DNA of 63,219 nt, counting the filler, from Octopus bimaculoides (lineage: Eukaryota), in the NCBI RefSeq assembly GCF_001194135.2. It is 6 parts of 6 records of this genome, joined end to end, with 100 filler letters (N's around TTAATTAATTAA, not from the genome) between each part and the next. Parts side by side here need not be neighbours in the genome. Positions count along the whole stretch, not along the records: positions 1 to 18,910 come from NC_068985.1; 5 more parts are not named here. The stretch is one strand, 5' to 3'. The notes under the pieces are model-generated. The model saw only the letters and a list, made by a program, of their open reading frames with translations, was not told the origin of the DNA and searched no databases. Shown one piece after another: positions 1 to 13,449 of the stretch (position 1 is its first letter; each line of letters opens with the position of its first letter). The position numbers were made by a program, and so were the translations under genes.

Positions 1-22
1 TATATATATATACATACATACA

Positions 23-58
<36 letters not shown>

Positions 59-59
59 T

Positions 60-300
60 AGTTGAAATTTTCAGAAAAACAAAAGATGAAGACAGGTGTA
101 TAAACAACAAGCAGGTGTATTAGCTTGATGGTTGGGAAGGTGAGAAAGTCTTTTATATTTTGAGCCTATGCTCTTCAACAGAAAGGAACATGAAGAAATA
201 AACAGAGAGAGAATAAAAAAAAAACTTTTGGAGTTAGCAGCCAATCATGTGCGTGTGTGTTTGTGTGTGTTTGTGTGTGTTTGTGTTTGTGTCTTTGTGT
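60..300 (-). mobile_element. Penelope-like element terminal (pLTR-type) fragment with decayed hammerhead motif
   Basis: Reverse complement of 149-186 is CCTTT-CTGTTGA-A-GAGC-ATAG-GCTC-AAAATAT-AAAAGA, the same family as 3605-3637 and 52119-52155 but with CpG-type decay. It abuts a (TA)/(TACA)n tract at 1-60. Confidence 0.6.
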
Positions 301-1412
301 CTGTGTTTGTGCTTCACCAATGCTTGACAACTGGCATTGGTGTGTTTACATTTCCATAACTTAGCAGTTCAGCATGAGAGACCAAAAGAATAAGTACCAG
401 GCTTTAAAAAATGTACTGGTATAGATTTATTAGACTAAAAATTATTTAAGGTGGTGTCTCAGTATGGCCACAATCTACTGATTGAAACAAGTAGAAGATA
501 AACGATGAAATGTGTACTCATTGCTACTGAATAATTGTACAAAATATATCATAAAGCAATAAAACGAACTTGTAAATTGACTAAATATACATTTCTTGTC
601 TAAATCTGTCTTACTATGAGGAAAGCCTCAGGAAACTCCTCTGAATAGGCAGGCTTTTAGATCTCTGCTGCTCAGGACAGTATAAACATCAGCACTTCAA
701 GAGAAAAAAAAGTTGACAATGTGTCTGCTGTTTTAACACAGCTGAAAAGCAAGCAGCAAAATATCTGCTTTCTCTTTCTTGACTACTCATTTTTTGTTTC
801 CCTTCTCAAAAATAATAGAATACAAAGAAAATAACATCACTGCTCTTACTATGACTGAAAGGAAGCAGTAAAAAATTTGCTTCCTCTTCCCTACATTTCT
901 GTTGACAAGTTAACACCATTGAAAGGCAATCTGTAAAATATCAATAATCAATTATATATTAACACAAAAATTATTTATCATGGAAAAATAGTAAGGCATG
1001 CAGTACATGCAATGCATACATGGACCTTTCGCCCCGATATATATATATGTATATATTTATGTGTGTGTGTCTTTGTGCCCAGACTGCAACCCCCTTAATT
1101 ATTATGTGTAGGGCACAGTTGAGTGAGAAACCAACAAACTCCTTGTAACACCAAAGATGAATTGAAGGCAAGGATTATAGCAGCATTCACCAACTTAAAC
1201 TAGGAAACTGTCCAGAAGAGTTGCAGGAGATTCTGAAGTTATCTGGAAACCTTGATTGAAGCCAATAGCGATTTTACTGAATAAATTTACTCTTTTGTAT
1301 TTCAAGATATTTTTATGTAATTTTGGTAAATATATCTGCTAAAACGACATGTCAGTGTTATTTTCATTTTTGTATAATTTAGACGACAGTTTATTCACCA
1401 CACCTTATAAAT

Positions 1413-1473
<61 letters not shown>

Positions 1474-1589
1474 TGTCTGTCTGTCTGATTGCCTGTCTGT
1501 TTGCTTACCTGCCTGCCTGCCTGTCTGTCTGTCTCTCTGTCTGTCTGTCTGTATGTATGTATGTCTGTCTATTTCGACCCAACCCCAAC

Positions 1590-2925
1590 CCGACATATCC
1601 ACACTCGTTCGTCTGGCCGAACTTGTCCTCTCACTCAACTGCTCCTTGTTCGCTGGTGATTTTTACCACCATTTCTTGGGAGTGGCCATGGGAACAAGAA
1701 TGAGCCCTGTTCATTGACTACATTGAGGCCCAAATATTCTCAAGTTTCACTGGTCCCACTCCTGAACTATAATGGCCGTTATATTGACGACTGTATTGGT
1801 GCGAATTCACTCTCCCGCAAACATCTAGACTCCTTCCTCTCTTTTGTCAAATGTTTCCATCCTGCCCTCCACTTCTGCACTATCTCTGACACCTCTGTTT
1901 CCTTTCTTGACATTTCGGTCAGCATTCATCACTCCACTCTCACCACATCCATCACTGCAAACACACACACACACTCATACCTCAACTTCTCCTCCTCCCA
2001 CCCTAAACACACCAGGCTTTCCATTGCCTATTCCCAATTCCTCCATCTATGCAGGCTCTGCAGTGATGACCATGACTTTGAGACTCAGTCTCAACTCATG
2101 GCTCGCCACTTCATCCTACATGGGTATCCCCTCACCACTATCCACACCAACCTTGCCAAAGCATGTTCTGCAGACCGTATATCTGTTCTCTCCCCCTGCA
2201 CCCGCCCTGCCATCTGCCGTCTCCCGTTTCCCCTCACCTNNNNNNNNNNNNNNNNNNNNNNNNNNNNNNNNNNNNNNNNNNNNNNNNNNNNNNNNNNNNN
2301 NNNNNNNNNNNNNNNNNNNNNNNNNNNNNNNNNNNNNNNNNNNNNNNNNNNNNNNNNNNNNNNNNNNNNNNNNNNNNNNNNNGTGACTCCAGTCTGACCC
2401 CTCCACTTTTCACATCATCCCTAACTGACCATTCCCCTCCTTCAAACAAGCCCACAACCTACGAGACCTCTTGGTCCACAGCTTCTTCCCAAATCCAACC
2501 TCCCAACCCGGCTCGTTCCCCTGCTCCCGTCCACACTTCCACACTTGCCCTTACCTCTCCAACACCACCCTCCTCACCGGCACCCATCATCGACCCTATC
2601 ATATCACCGACTCTTTCACCTGCACTTCTAGCAATGTCACCTACTGCATCTCCTTCTCTCTCTGCCCTTCTCTATACATCGGGCAAACAGGACACTGCTT
2701 GGTTGACCAGTTTGTAGAACACCTCTGAGACATCCGACTTGGCAATGACACCCCGGTCTCACACCATTTCTGCTCTACCTCACTCTTTGCAACATCTGTC
2801 TGTGTTCAGATTGTCCTTGCACAGGGGCCATCTGGACTCCCATCTACACCGTAAACAGGGATTAATCTTCTCTCTTCACTCCTTTGTGCCACATGGGCTC
2901 AACTCCCCTCCCCTCTTCCTTTAAC
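1590..2925 (+). mobile_element. Penelope-like retroelement (Neptune/Penelope-type), 5'-truncated and frameshifted: RT plus GIY-YIG endonuclease
   Basis: Frames give LVRLAELVLSLN...GVAMGTRM, then RYIDDCIG (catalytic YIDD at 1780-1791) and YLNFSSSHPKHT (thumb). After the gap they give FTCTSSNVTYCI...LYIGQTG...FVEHL (GIY-YIG). Confidence 0.9.
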
Positions 2926-3604
2926 TCTCCTCCCCTCTCCTCTCTTCCTCTCACACCTACTTCCTCCCACACACCTCTCCTCTCTTGCTCCGACTCCTAC
3001 TTCTTCTCTTCACTCCAACTCTCCTTCTCTCTTCTCTTCACTCCTACCCACCTCCTCTCTTTCCCCTCTCTCTTCATCGTCACCCTTCCCTCGTAACCCC
3101 ACCCCTACACAATCCAACCCTACCTTCCCTATCCATCCCATCCCACCTCACTCCACCCATCCCTTACACCCACTTCCATGTACCCCACCTCTACTCCCAC
3201 CCTCAGCATAACCCACACCCAACCCTTGCTTTCCCCACTTGCCTTCCCCACATCCCAACACCACCACACCACACCACACACCACCATACCATACACCACC
3301 ATACCACACAACACCACATCACATCACACCACCACATACACACTGACCACTTCCCAGCCCCACACTATCATCCACACATCTACACATGTACACATGCACA
3401 CGTCAAGGTCACCATCCCTCTTCCACATGCACATACATGCTCTCTTATACACACGCACGCACACCTTCGTTTTGGGATCACCACTACTTTATTATCTCCC
3501 CTTCTTCCTAGCTCTCCTATGTGACCCCTCTGCCCAGCATTCACCATGATAGATCGCTAGCCACTACACATTCTTTATTTTCTCTCCTTACTTCTTTCTG
3601 TGTT

Positions 3605-3635
3605 CCTTTCTGTGGAAGAGCGTAGGCTTGAAACG

Positions 3636-3637
<2 letters not shown>
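3605..3637 (+). ncRNA. Minimal hammerhead-ribozyme-like motif (A6U core variant) at the 3' end of the Penelope element
   Basis: CCTTT-CTGTGGA-A-GAGC-GTAG-GCTT-GAAAC-GTT, followed directly by (TA)n. The stem I 3' strand is missing. Confidence 0.55.
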
Positions 3638-3672
<35 letters not shown>

Positions 3673-3712
3673 TATATCTGTAATATAATATGTGACAATT
3701 ATTCAATTGCCA

Positions 3713-3775
3713 TAATAAGACTCTGAGTTTCGGATGTTGGGGCAGAATTCTGCTCCAGCATTTCATGAGTTATTA
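3713..3775 (-). ncRNA. Degenerate minimal hammerhead ribozyme with long stem II
   Basis: Reverse complement is TAATAA-CTCATGA-A-ATGCTGGAGCAG-AATT-CTGCCCCAACAT-CC-GAAA-CTC-A-GAG-TC-TTATTA. Stems I, II and III are all present with a GUC cleavage triplet; core G5 is mutated to C. Confidence 0.6.
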
Positions 3776-4509
3776 AGACAGAAACAAAAATACTATGAAA
3801 ATGACCATTCAACAAAGGGAAATTACTATGTAAATGACCGTTATTAAGACAAACAAAAGAGCTATTAGAATGAATGTTAAATAAAGGGAAAAAACCTGAA
3901 GGGGAGAAAGTAAAAAATGCTCATAGAATTTGCATATGTGTGCAAGTACAAACATACACATGCATACATGCACACCCACACACATGCCTATATGTGCACA
4001 TATATATGCAACCATACAAATGTACACATGTACATATCTGTACACATGCACACACACGAACACATACCCATATGCACACAATTATATTCATATACACGTC
4101 TAAAATATGCATATGCTTTACATGCATATTCTCACTCACGCATGTGTGAAACACATGCATGCACACCCACACACACACCTATATGTATACATATATATGC
4201 AACCATACACATGTACACATATACATATATACATACATACATATATATATATCTAGACAAGTGTTAGAAAATATTAAATATATTACAGATATACAATATA
4301 TATATATGACAAAAAAATGTATAGAAAATCATCATGTGGAGATAGGGAGACACATACACAATGGTTTTATATATATATGATATATCTGTTGCGTTTATAT
4401 ACATGGAGCAGAAACCTTCAAAATGCCAAATTCATTGCACAGAATATTCTTAACTCCCACAGTATATGCATTGTCTATTTGATTTATAGTCAATCACTTG
4501 TCATCCTCA

Positions 4510-4730
4510 CTATGTGGTGAATACAATATTTTCCTCAGTGATGACATTTGCAGGATGTTCAGACATAGGGTCATCTTGAAGACTCTTCCCCTCCTAAATT
4601 CAGTTGTCCACTTTTGCACTGTTGATAAAGCTGGAGTATCATCCCTTAATGTAGCAACCATGTCAGAATGAATTCCTTGAGAACTAAACTCTTTTTTTTC
4701 AGGTAACTGATAACACCGTGATGCCAAATA
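4510..4730 (-). mobile_element. Mariner transposase N-terminal (HTH) fragment
   Basis: IHSDMVATLRDDTPALSTVQKWTTEFRRGR matches the mariner DNA-binding-domain motif. Confidence 0.75.
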
Positions 4731-5490
4731 TTGTCAATTTTCAAGAGAAGTTGCTACTAGTTACTTTTGAAGTGTTCTTTGAACAGTCAGATATTAGCTT
4801 ACCCAGAAAGAAACAATGCAGTTATTAATGCATACAAGATTTCACAGCTCTGGCTTCACTCTTTCATAGTCAGCCTATGAATTTTTCAGCCCAACCTCAT
4901 AGGAAAGTATACAGAATGCTGCTGCCATCAAATATGGCCATACTTGCAGGGAAGGAACAGAAGGGGAAAATATTAGCTGACCAAAGTTCTCATTGTTAAT
5001 AGGAGGTATAGACGATGGTGAAGGCAATGAACATAGCTGATGAAAGTTTAACTCCATGAAAATACCTTGGCAGCATCACATGACTTCTCAAAAGGCACTA
5101 ATGTTGACAATAATATTGTCAACAGCTTAGAGCTTTAATGGGAACTAACTAATCACCACTGCCACCACCAGTAATAGCACCAGCAAAGTAAACAATTGTA
5201 AGTCAACTCATTCTTTAGACTAATTTGTCCTAACTATGCTGCAGCTGTTAAACCTGCTGATGACATTAATGACTCTCTGATTATCTCTCTTTAGTTATCT
5301 TAGAATTTTATGAGAGGGAAGGAAAGAACCAGTGGAGTAACATATATAGACAACAGTCATACATCATAATCTAATATTTGTTTGTATTTTCATGAAAAAA
5401 TGAAAAGTACTCATTACATATGTATTGCAAATATGTAGAGTCTATTCTAAATGTTTGCTAATAAACTAAATTATTCCTTATATCTAAATC

Positions 5491-5751
5491 ATTTGAGCGA
5501 GTTCGTTGCCAGTGCCGCTGGACTGGCTCCTGTGCAGGTGGCACGTAAAAAACACCATTTTGAGCTTGGCCGTTGCCAGTACCATGTGATTGGCCCTTGT
5601 GCCGGTGGCATGTAAAAGCACCCACTACACTCTCAGAGTGGTTTGCATTAGGAAGGGCATCCAGCTGTAGAAACTCTGCCAGATCAGATTGGTTCACCAG
5701 TCCTCAGTCAAATCGTCCAACCCATGCTAGCATCGAAAGCGGACGTTAAAC

Positions 5752-5785
<34 letters not shown>

Positions 5786-5820
5786 ATGATGATGATGATG
5801 ATGATGATGATGGTGATGAT
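5491..5820 (+). mobile_element. RTE-LINE 3' UTR / RTE-tailed SINE with (GAT)n tail
   Basis: Contains AGGAAGGGCATCCAGCTGTAGAAAC and ends CCATGCTAGCATCGAAAGCGGACGTTAAACGATGATGAT. The same sequence occurs inverted at 39843-40005. Confidence 0.7.
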
Positions 5821-7602
5821 CTAAAGGTTTCATGCAGTTGATTAGACTTATTGATGAACCTAAAATAATGGAATGACAACTATTGAGGTATTTAAAGGTG
5901 TTTGATGCCTTTTGAATGGTTGTGTGGTTGGTAGTTTTGTCATTGACATATGTTCTTTTGACAGGGATTCATCAGGTGTTTTGGGTTTAGAGTCAATCAT
6001 GGGTTTATAGTATTGTCCATGATATCTATTGGTAGTATTCATAGTGATGTCTGCTGGATAAGTGAGATGTAACATAGCAACTGCCCAGAGAAAATCAAAT
6101 ACTTTCTGGGGAGAAACAACCAGCTCAATCACTAAATGAAGAGGAAAGCTTTATGGCATGACCCATCATACAACACTGATGTAAAAATATGTTGTAAACA
6201 ACTTCCACTAAATCATTGGAAAATACTTCCCCAACAGATGCAGAGTCCACAAACCATTTAACAACAAAAAACAATATAAAAGTGAGCTTCAGTCTTAAGA
6301 GAAACATGTTCAGCATCATAAAAAGTTGCAATGCAGATATATAAACAAAACTGATGATGGGAACTGGCATGCAACTATCACAGCATAAAGATTTACTCCA
6401 TGAAAGGCAAATGCCTTGAAAGAAGTACAATTTACTAAACCAAGGTATTTAACACCTTAACTTGCTATCCTGGGTTAACGGAAAATGCATTCAGAAACTA
6501 TTTGCAGCAACACAATAACTTACTCCAAAACCAACATCTGGAAAAAAACAAAGCACTAGCAAAACACATTTTGAAGTCTCTATAATGCAGGAATATTCAC
6601 TGGAATATTTACAAATATGAGCAATCATAGACAGAGCACCAGCATTCAGAAATTGATCCAATGTCTATAACTTTTGCCTCACAGAAAAATCCTACACAAA
6701 GGGTCCAAATACACCTCAGCATGTGACAATATAGCAAATTCCTACTGACCAACTTCAAAGCAGACCCACCTTTAGACAATTGACAAAAGAGGTGGATGTC
6801 AGCAACAATATGACCAGACATCTGACCAGTCACACAATCAACCTTATCACTACTCATATGACCAACAACATGATTAACTACAAAGCAGAACAACCTGCTG
6901 AAATTTGTCAAATAAAGGAGATACCTTTGCTAATCACCTGATTAACCACATGACCAATCAAAAGGTACCCAATGTATTTAAATATTCTGATTGTTATTCT
7001 ATTTCCTTTATTTCAGTTTAACCAATAAAAATGGTTGAAAAGTAGCAAACACATGAAATCTTCCATTATAAGGAAATAATAAAAATTTATCAATACCTAT
7101 ATTATATACACCAAACAGAGTAATACTAATTATTATATACTCAACAGTCATACACGATATTATATGGTAAACAATATTATACAGTCAGTAGTCATACATG
7201 ATATCATGCAGTCAAATGTATGCATCAATATATTATATAATATACAGCAACAATAGACCCAGGGCAGATGAGGATCTGCAGCTCATTAGCTGCCCAACTA
7301 AGAGATAGTAATTCCATGCAAATCTTGCACCCTGATAACTACAGGACTCATAGCACTATTTCAGTAGACCAATACAAGTTTGAAGGATGAGAGAGTGGGA
7401 CTGGTTCTACACAAATCATGCCTACTATAATAATATTCATTATGCAGTTTGTTCAGGAAACTAAGACACAGACACCAACACCATAAGTCCAGTAACAAAA
7501 CATTGAACTAAGAACACTTTCACACTGTGCAGCTGTCTTGCTGAACCCTTGTCTGTCGAAGCAACAAGAGAGTCCAGAACTGGATACAACAATAATATAT
7601 TA

Positions 7603-8700
7603 TATTAGGTTGTTTCACATGAAACGTCATATTTGAAAGGCAACAATAAAATATTTCATCAGTGTTAGAGAATTGATTTATTTAATCAAAATATGATCCA
7701 TGTTCATTTATGACATTACCTAATGTTTCTCTATGCCATATATTCCATCTTTAAAAAAAATTTTATCTTTTGCTGTGATAAACTGTCCGAATGCTTCAAT
7801 TACCTTTTCTCTATTTAAGAATGTTTTATTGCTAATGAAAAGCTCAAAATGTTTAAATAAGTGATGATCAGTAGGAGAGATATCAGAGGAATAGGGAGGA
7901 TGTTACAAAATCTCGTAATTCAGGCTTTGCAACTTTTGGGCCATAGCTTGATGTGTGTGGGGACGTGCGTTGTCGTGGAGCAAAATTGGGCTATCTCTAT
8001 TCACTAGTCTGGGTTGCTTCTTTTCCAAATTCTCTTGCATACAATCAGTTTCCTGACAATACGATGTTGCTGTTACCATTTTTCCTTGTTGCAAAAATGA
8101 ATAATGAATAACTCCCTTTGCGGACCCCCATACAGTGACCACTAACTTTTTAGGGTGCAATGGTGGGTTTTGGTAGTGTTTAGGTGACTCTCCTGCATCT
8201 AATCACTGTCCTGTTCTCCAGCTGTTGTCAAAGTGTATCCATTTCTCATCACAAGTAATGATTTGATGCAAAAATAGTCTTTTTCCAGTCGAGAAAGCAA
8301 TAAGGAGCACACTTCGAGGCGTCTGTTTTTTTTTTTAATCTCGTTCAGTTGATGTGGAACAAACCTATCTGCTTTCTTGACTTTTCCAATGTTTTACAGG
8401 TGTCCAAAAACAGTTGTGCGAGATGTTTGGAGTTCTGATGAAAATTTTTGAACCTTTGTTCTTGGATTTTGGTCAACGAAAGCACTTAATCCATCATGCC
8501 AAATAACTGATTTTGGCCTGCCCCTTGGTTTATTTTCAAGGCTATCATCTCCTGAACAAGAGCTTTGGAACCATATCTGAACAGTTCTGGTGTCAACAAA
8601 ACCATTACCAAAGGCCCGCTTGATAATCCATAGAGCTTCTACGGCAGAGTGACCCAGTTTGTACTCATACAAGAAAATAACTCAACATAGTTTGGTTGTT
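7603..8700 (-). mobile_element. Mariner (Hsmar1/Mos1-like, DD34D) transposon, near full length, pseudogenised
   Basis: Translations include YEYKLGHSAVEA...RGRPKSV, IITCDEKWI, HPKKLVVTVW, LLHDNARPH and HPPYSSD. A terminal TA+TTAGGTTG sits at 7603; the other TIR is not found. Confidence 0.9.
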
Positions 8701-8779
8701 ATCATTTTCATAAGGTCTGTGGGTACGAATTTTGTATACCAATATTGTTGGGAATGAAAAAGAGTCAAGATTAAATGCA

Positions 8780-9400
8780 AGATATACATAATTGAGTTTT
8801 TAAATTTTTTCTTTTGTGCCCTCTGCTCAATCATTAGGAACTTTGTTCTTCCATATACCTGTAAAGAGTGAATGAAATGTCTTAACTGTAATCTCTGGGT
8901 CTGCTATAAACGGCTCTAGGTCTATCTTAAATAACTCTGTACAAAAGATGCCCTCTCTTGGAGATTTTTCTGTTTTTGAGGGACCTGTTAGCTAAGATTT
9001 CTTTTTTCTCAAGTTATCTGAAATATACATCAAGATCTATCAGTGCTTCTGATACAACATATTCTACTGTTGGGGGTGGCCTGTCCAAAACAGCCTATCA
9101 TGCCTTCAGTTCTGCTGTTTGTATTTCTCCTGAAATTTCTCTGATTATGTCTCTAAGAGTTTCTTTGGGCTCCTCTGCTTTTGATGGAAATCCATCAAAA
9201 ACAGAAGTGACCAGTGATCCATCCGTTTCTAATCATCTTTGTTCTTCGGTAGAGTCCACTGGTCAGGAAATGTCATACTGATTTGCTTACATATTGTGCT
9301 GACTTCATCTCAGCTTGACTGTGAGTAATCTTTCATAATTGACAGTGTTTGAAACCTGTTCTTCAGTGGGAACTGTCTAGTTTGTCCAAATGAAACTGTA
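8780..9400 (-). other. Unassigned decayed coding-like segment
   Basis: Minus frame reads LETDGSLVTSVFDGFPSKAEEPKETLRDIIREISGEIQTAELKA**AVLDRPPPTVEYVVSEALIDLDVYF with a few stops. The plus ORF 8958-9281 looks like its antisense shadow. Family not recognised. Confidence 0.3.
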
Positions 9401-10089
9401 GGCATCCTTACTGTTTTCTCACTGTTCAAGGAATCTCAGACACAGGGACAAAGAAGTTGGGGATAGCAGGTAGATCAGGAAAAATTTTAATTGAGGCATT
9501 CTCTTCCTTCAGGGGACCTACTCACAACATTCAATAATATCAGAGACTTAGGAGTGATTGTTGACAACAATCTCATCTGGAGTCTCTTGCAATGTGAGGG
9601 AACTGTAATGTGAGGAACAAAATACGGTTCACCTACCTCTCAGTGTTAGCTGTCCAGCTGGGTTAAATCCAAAATGTGCCTTGCCTGTCTGACTGACTGC
9701 TAGAATCTACTCCAAAAGTCCTGCCTCGCATTCATCTCCACATGCATCTGTCCATGATGACTGCCTGAGGTGAAAGAGACCCATGCTGGTCCTACTTCTG
9801 CCCACATCCTCATTCCCTTTTCCTCTTCAGTAAGGCCCTTCAGCCACTGATGTCACTGACCCTTTCCTTTCATTCACCTCATCCTCTCCTCACTTCACTC
9901 CATGTTGAAATCTGCCATTCACCTGGGCAAATGTCTCACTCACTGTGATCTCCACAGAGATAGTGCTCCATTTGCTTCCTCACTTCCACATTCATTGTCC
10001 AACAAAGTGACAATTCTGTGAACATCCAAGATGTGATGCTGAATTCCATCCACAGAGACATTATTTTTGAAATTAACAGCTGTCACTGT

Positions 10090-11775
10090 TCCTCTGTTCC
10101 ACTGAGATGTGCAGCATGCCTTTACCAGGCTTCATCCCTTACCTGCATGAAGGCAGGCTCCCTCTCTTCCACAGTATTTTGTGATGCTGTACACGGCTGT
10201 CACCATTCATACCTGAATATCACTTTGTGTGGCATGGACTCCTCAACTTGTCCTGATCAGGGTGATATATTGTACAAAAATACCACTTCCAGTAGTGAGA
10301 TGCATCCTCTCTTCACCATAGCATTGATTGTGCAATGGTGTCTTTCCAAAATCCCATTTCCACTTGGCTTGTATGCCAATCTGAAGAAGAGGTGCACATT
10401 CCACTTATCAAGCATCTCCTTCAGCATCTCCAAACGAAATGTGGTGCCTTTGTCCATCAGAAATTCATCCACAGAGCTCTGCCCCAGGAATATCTCGTTC
10501 AGAATACATGCAACCTCATCTGCAGTGTCCATCTTTATTTCCCTCCATATGGCCATCTGACCCAGTCCACAGTTGACCATTGTGAGATATGTTCCCTGCC
10601 GGTAGTGTGTCACATCCACTGCCAATTGTCTCCAGTTGTGCTCTACTGAGATGTTTCCTGGCTCTTGCACACTCAGAGCAGGATTGATGGATTGCACTTA
10701 TCACAGGTCCTGATTACCTTTTGAATGCTCTGCCTAGTAACATTAGAGTCAACCTTCCTGGCAAAATACAGGGTTCTATCCATGCCACTATGATGCATGG
10801 CATGCAGTCTCCATAGTTCTGAGTCACCTAACCAGCATGCTGCAGCTATCCCCCATTCCAAATCTTCTGGCACCACCAACCAGGCCTTTTTCACCCTGAT
10901 TAGAATCTCTGCATTATTCCTTTCTGAGGGCACAAAGGCCACACTCAGCTTCAAACTAAATTCAGCAGTTAGCTCTCTCAGAACCCTTAGGTGGTGCTTT
11001 ACTAACGTCTCTGCAGCCCCTTTAGTTCGAACCCTCTTTTCATCAGTGACATTGATCCTGCCCATCCAAGCACAGTATCTGAATTGGTTCAGATTTTGAT
11101 AGAGCACAACCCCCATCTCAGGGCCAGACTCATCTCTTTCAGCACTGCATCCAACTCAGCTTCATTGATATGGTTGAAATCATCTGCTTTCTGAAATCAA
11201 GCTGTGTCCTCCACTTTGACACCTCCAATTTCCAGGACAACCCCTATTGCTATGCTGCTCACATTGCACCATATTGTCCCATTCTCCAATTTGGGCACAT
11301 ACGCTCTTACCCTCTCTAGGATCTCCTGCATCATCACCACTGCTCTCTCTACCATTTTGTCTCCCCAGCTTGCCCTCATTGTCTCTTGATGTAACTGCAT
11401 GGTGTTTGAAGCTACCCCACGATTGGATAGTGACCTACTAGTCTCCCACGCATCAAAAATAGTTCTTGTCTGTTGATGTTGATGCCCAATTCTGGAATCT
11501 CATTTCCTCTCTGAAACACCAACACACTAGTTTTGTTGCTTTGAAGCTTGAGCCCCTGTGCAGCTCTTCCAATCATTGGCTCTGGTGGTTTTGCAGTCAA
11601 CCCAAACTTCTTTAGGTGACGTATGACCTCTATGGCAGACACTACAGTCTTGTCTACCAGGATGTTGTCTATATAGGAAGTGGCAGCCTTTTTTACCTTG
11701 TCCATCTTTCCCAGGATAGATTTGAGCACTGTTGCCATGGTCTTTGTTGCAGAATTCAGCCCAAAACCCATCTAA
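10090..11775 (-). mobile_element. Ty3/Gypsy-type LTR retrotransposon pol fragment (RT, RNase H, integrase)
   Basis: RT: FGLNSATK...SYIDNILV. RNase H: WCNVSSIAIGVVLE...HINEAELDAV. Integrase zinc finger: HAMHHSGMDRT...CDKC. Integrase core: WRQLAVDVTHY...LMDKG...PSGNGILERHH. Domain order is the gypsy order. Confidence 0.9.
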
Positions 11776-11789
11776 GTTACCTATGTAAT

Positions 11790-11925
11790 ATATATATAGT
11801 CAATAGTGTCAAACAAGCAATATATAGTCAATAGTGTTATACACAACAATATATAGTCAATTGTGTCATATACAGTAATATATAGTAAAATAAGTCAATA
11901 ATGTCATACACAGTAATATATTATA
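11790..11925 (+). repeat. Degenerate ~29-bp minisatellite (about 4 copies)
   Basis: Unit resembles TATATAGTCAATAGTGTCATACACAGCAA, repeated at the RT-proximal break of the Gypsy fragment. Confidence 0.7.
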
Positions 11926-13395
11926 TTGTGTGTGTGTCAATATATTATATAGTTAAGGCCAACTTACAGAGGTTCAGCCTGTCAGTCAAGAAAATATTAA
12001 TAACAATAATAAAAACTTATGATTGAAATTGTTTGCTTTTAGTGAAAGTTGCTAAATAGATTACATGACAGAATACTTGCACAAACTTATATATACATTT
12101 TACTCAAAATCTATATATAAACATTGCTCTTGATATTTATTTTGTTAAATGGAGTTTGTAAGAAGTTAAACAAGAGAACAGAACAAATCCCACCAACCAG
12201 TTTGATACTACTGCTTGATCCTTGGGTTCCTTAAGTAAAGTCATTTTGTTGCCAGAATTCAGACCAAACTTATTTGAAGATGACAGGGTCTCTTGAGGTG
12301 GACCTTTTGATTGCACTTTATACAGTGCCATTTGTGAAAGGGTACAGAGGAGAAATGTTTCCAGAAGCAGGCTCTACACTGCATCTGTGGTTGTAGTCCA
12401 GAATATCTGTGAGCATAGTAGCAATATTACCATCTATGTTGCAGAAATAGTCTATTGTGAGCTTTCTTGAGTCTTATAACGTTTTGACAGCTGTTGGGGG
12501 CTAAAATACTTTCTGGTTCTGAAGAGATGAGTTAGTTTCAGGAATGTACATAGAAGACCCTAATATATATTGTCTCATATATTATTATAATCCCCACTGT
12601 TCTGGGTCCCCAATAACTTTCTATATTACATATGTAAAACACTAATATATTTGTCCTACATATATCTATTGTCTCAAATATCAACCAACCTACTAACCTT
12701 ATTATCAATCCTTCCATGTCTATGCAAAGAAATATTTATCTATTTATATTTATTCATTATTTCTACTTATTTATTCTTTTCTATTGATGCTGCAACATAT
12801 TACTTTCATAGATTTGTATGAAATCAATCCAATATTATATACTTGTGAATATGAAATAGTTAAATACTGTGACAGTGTTACTATGTCTATTACAGATATC
12901 TCCCTCAAATCAATAATCATTAGCTTGGTTTTTTAAATTTTTTATATAATTATTTTCCACATGCATAATTATTTTGTTGACCATTTACCAAATATATACA
13001 CCACTGCATTGATTGAAGCAAACCATTGGGTACTGATATGAAATAATCATAGGATGTAGATTGTTCACATTCAATCAAGACCACTTTATGCTTTTATTTA
13101 GAAGTTTGCTATTAAATTATAGTATAATATAGTATTATATTCTATAAAAGGTTATTATATATTATTTTGCATTATTAAAGATTAATGAGAATTGATCTAG
13201 CAGCTTCAGAAGTTTTTTGTTTTATCCAAATGGTTTCATAAAATAAAGAACTGGCTATAATACAATGTATCGGATCATAAATGAAAGAGAGTTGCTCATA
13301 ATTATTTTAGAGTTCTTATAATGTAGCTGAAGAATAAGGAATCAGTGAGAAATTATACATTGTTGAACAAAATCTGTATTTATAACTCAGATTTA

Positions 13396-13449
13396 GTTAC
13401 ACCAGTAATAGTTCAAACTATACATAGTTTGAACTATTACTGGTGTAAC
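13396..13449. repeat. Perfect 26-bp palindromic hairpin
   Basis: GTTACACCAGTAATAGTTCAAACTAT-ac-ATAGTTTGAACTATTACTGGTGTAAC; the arms are exact reverse complements. Confidence 0.95.
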
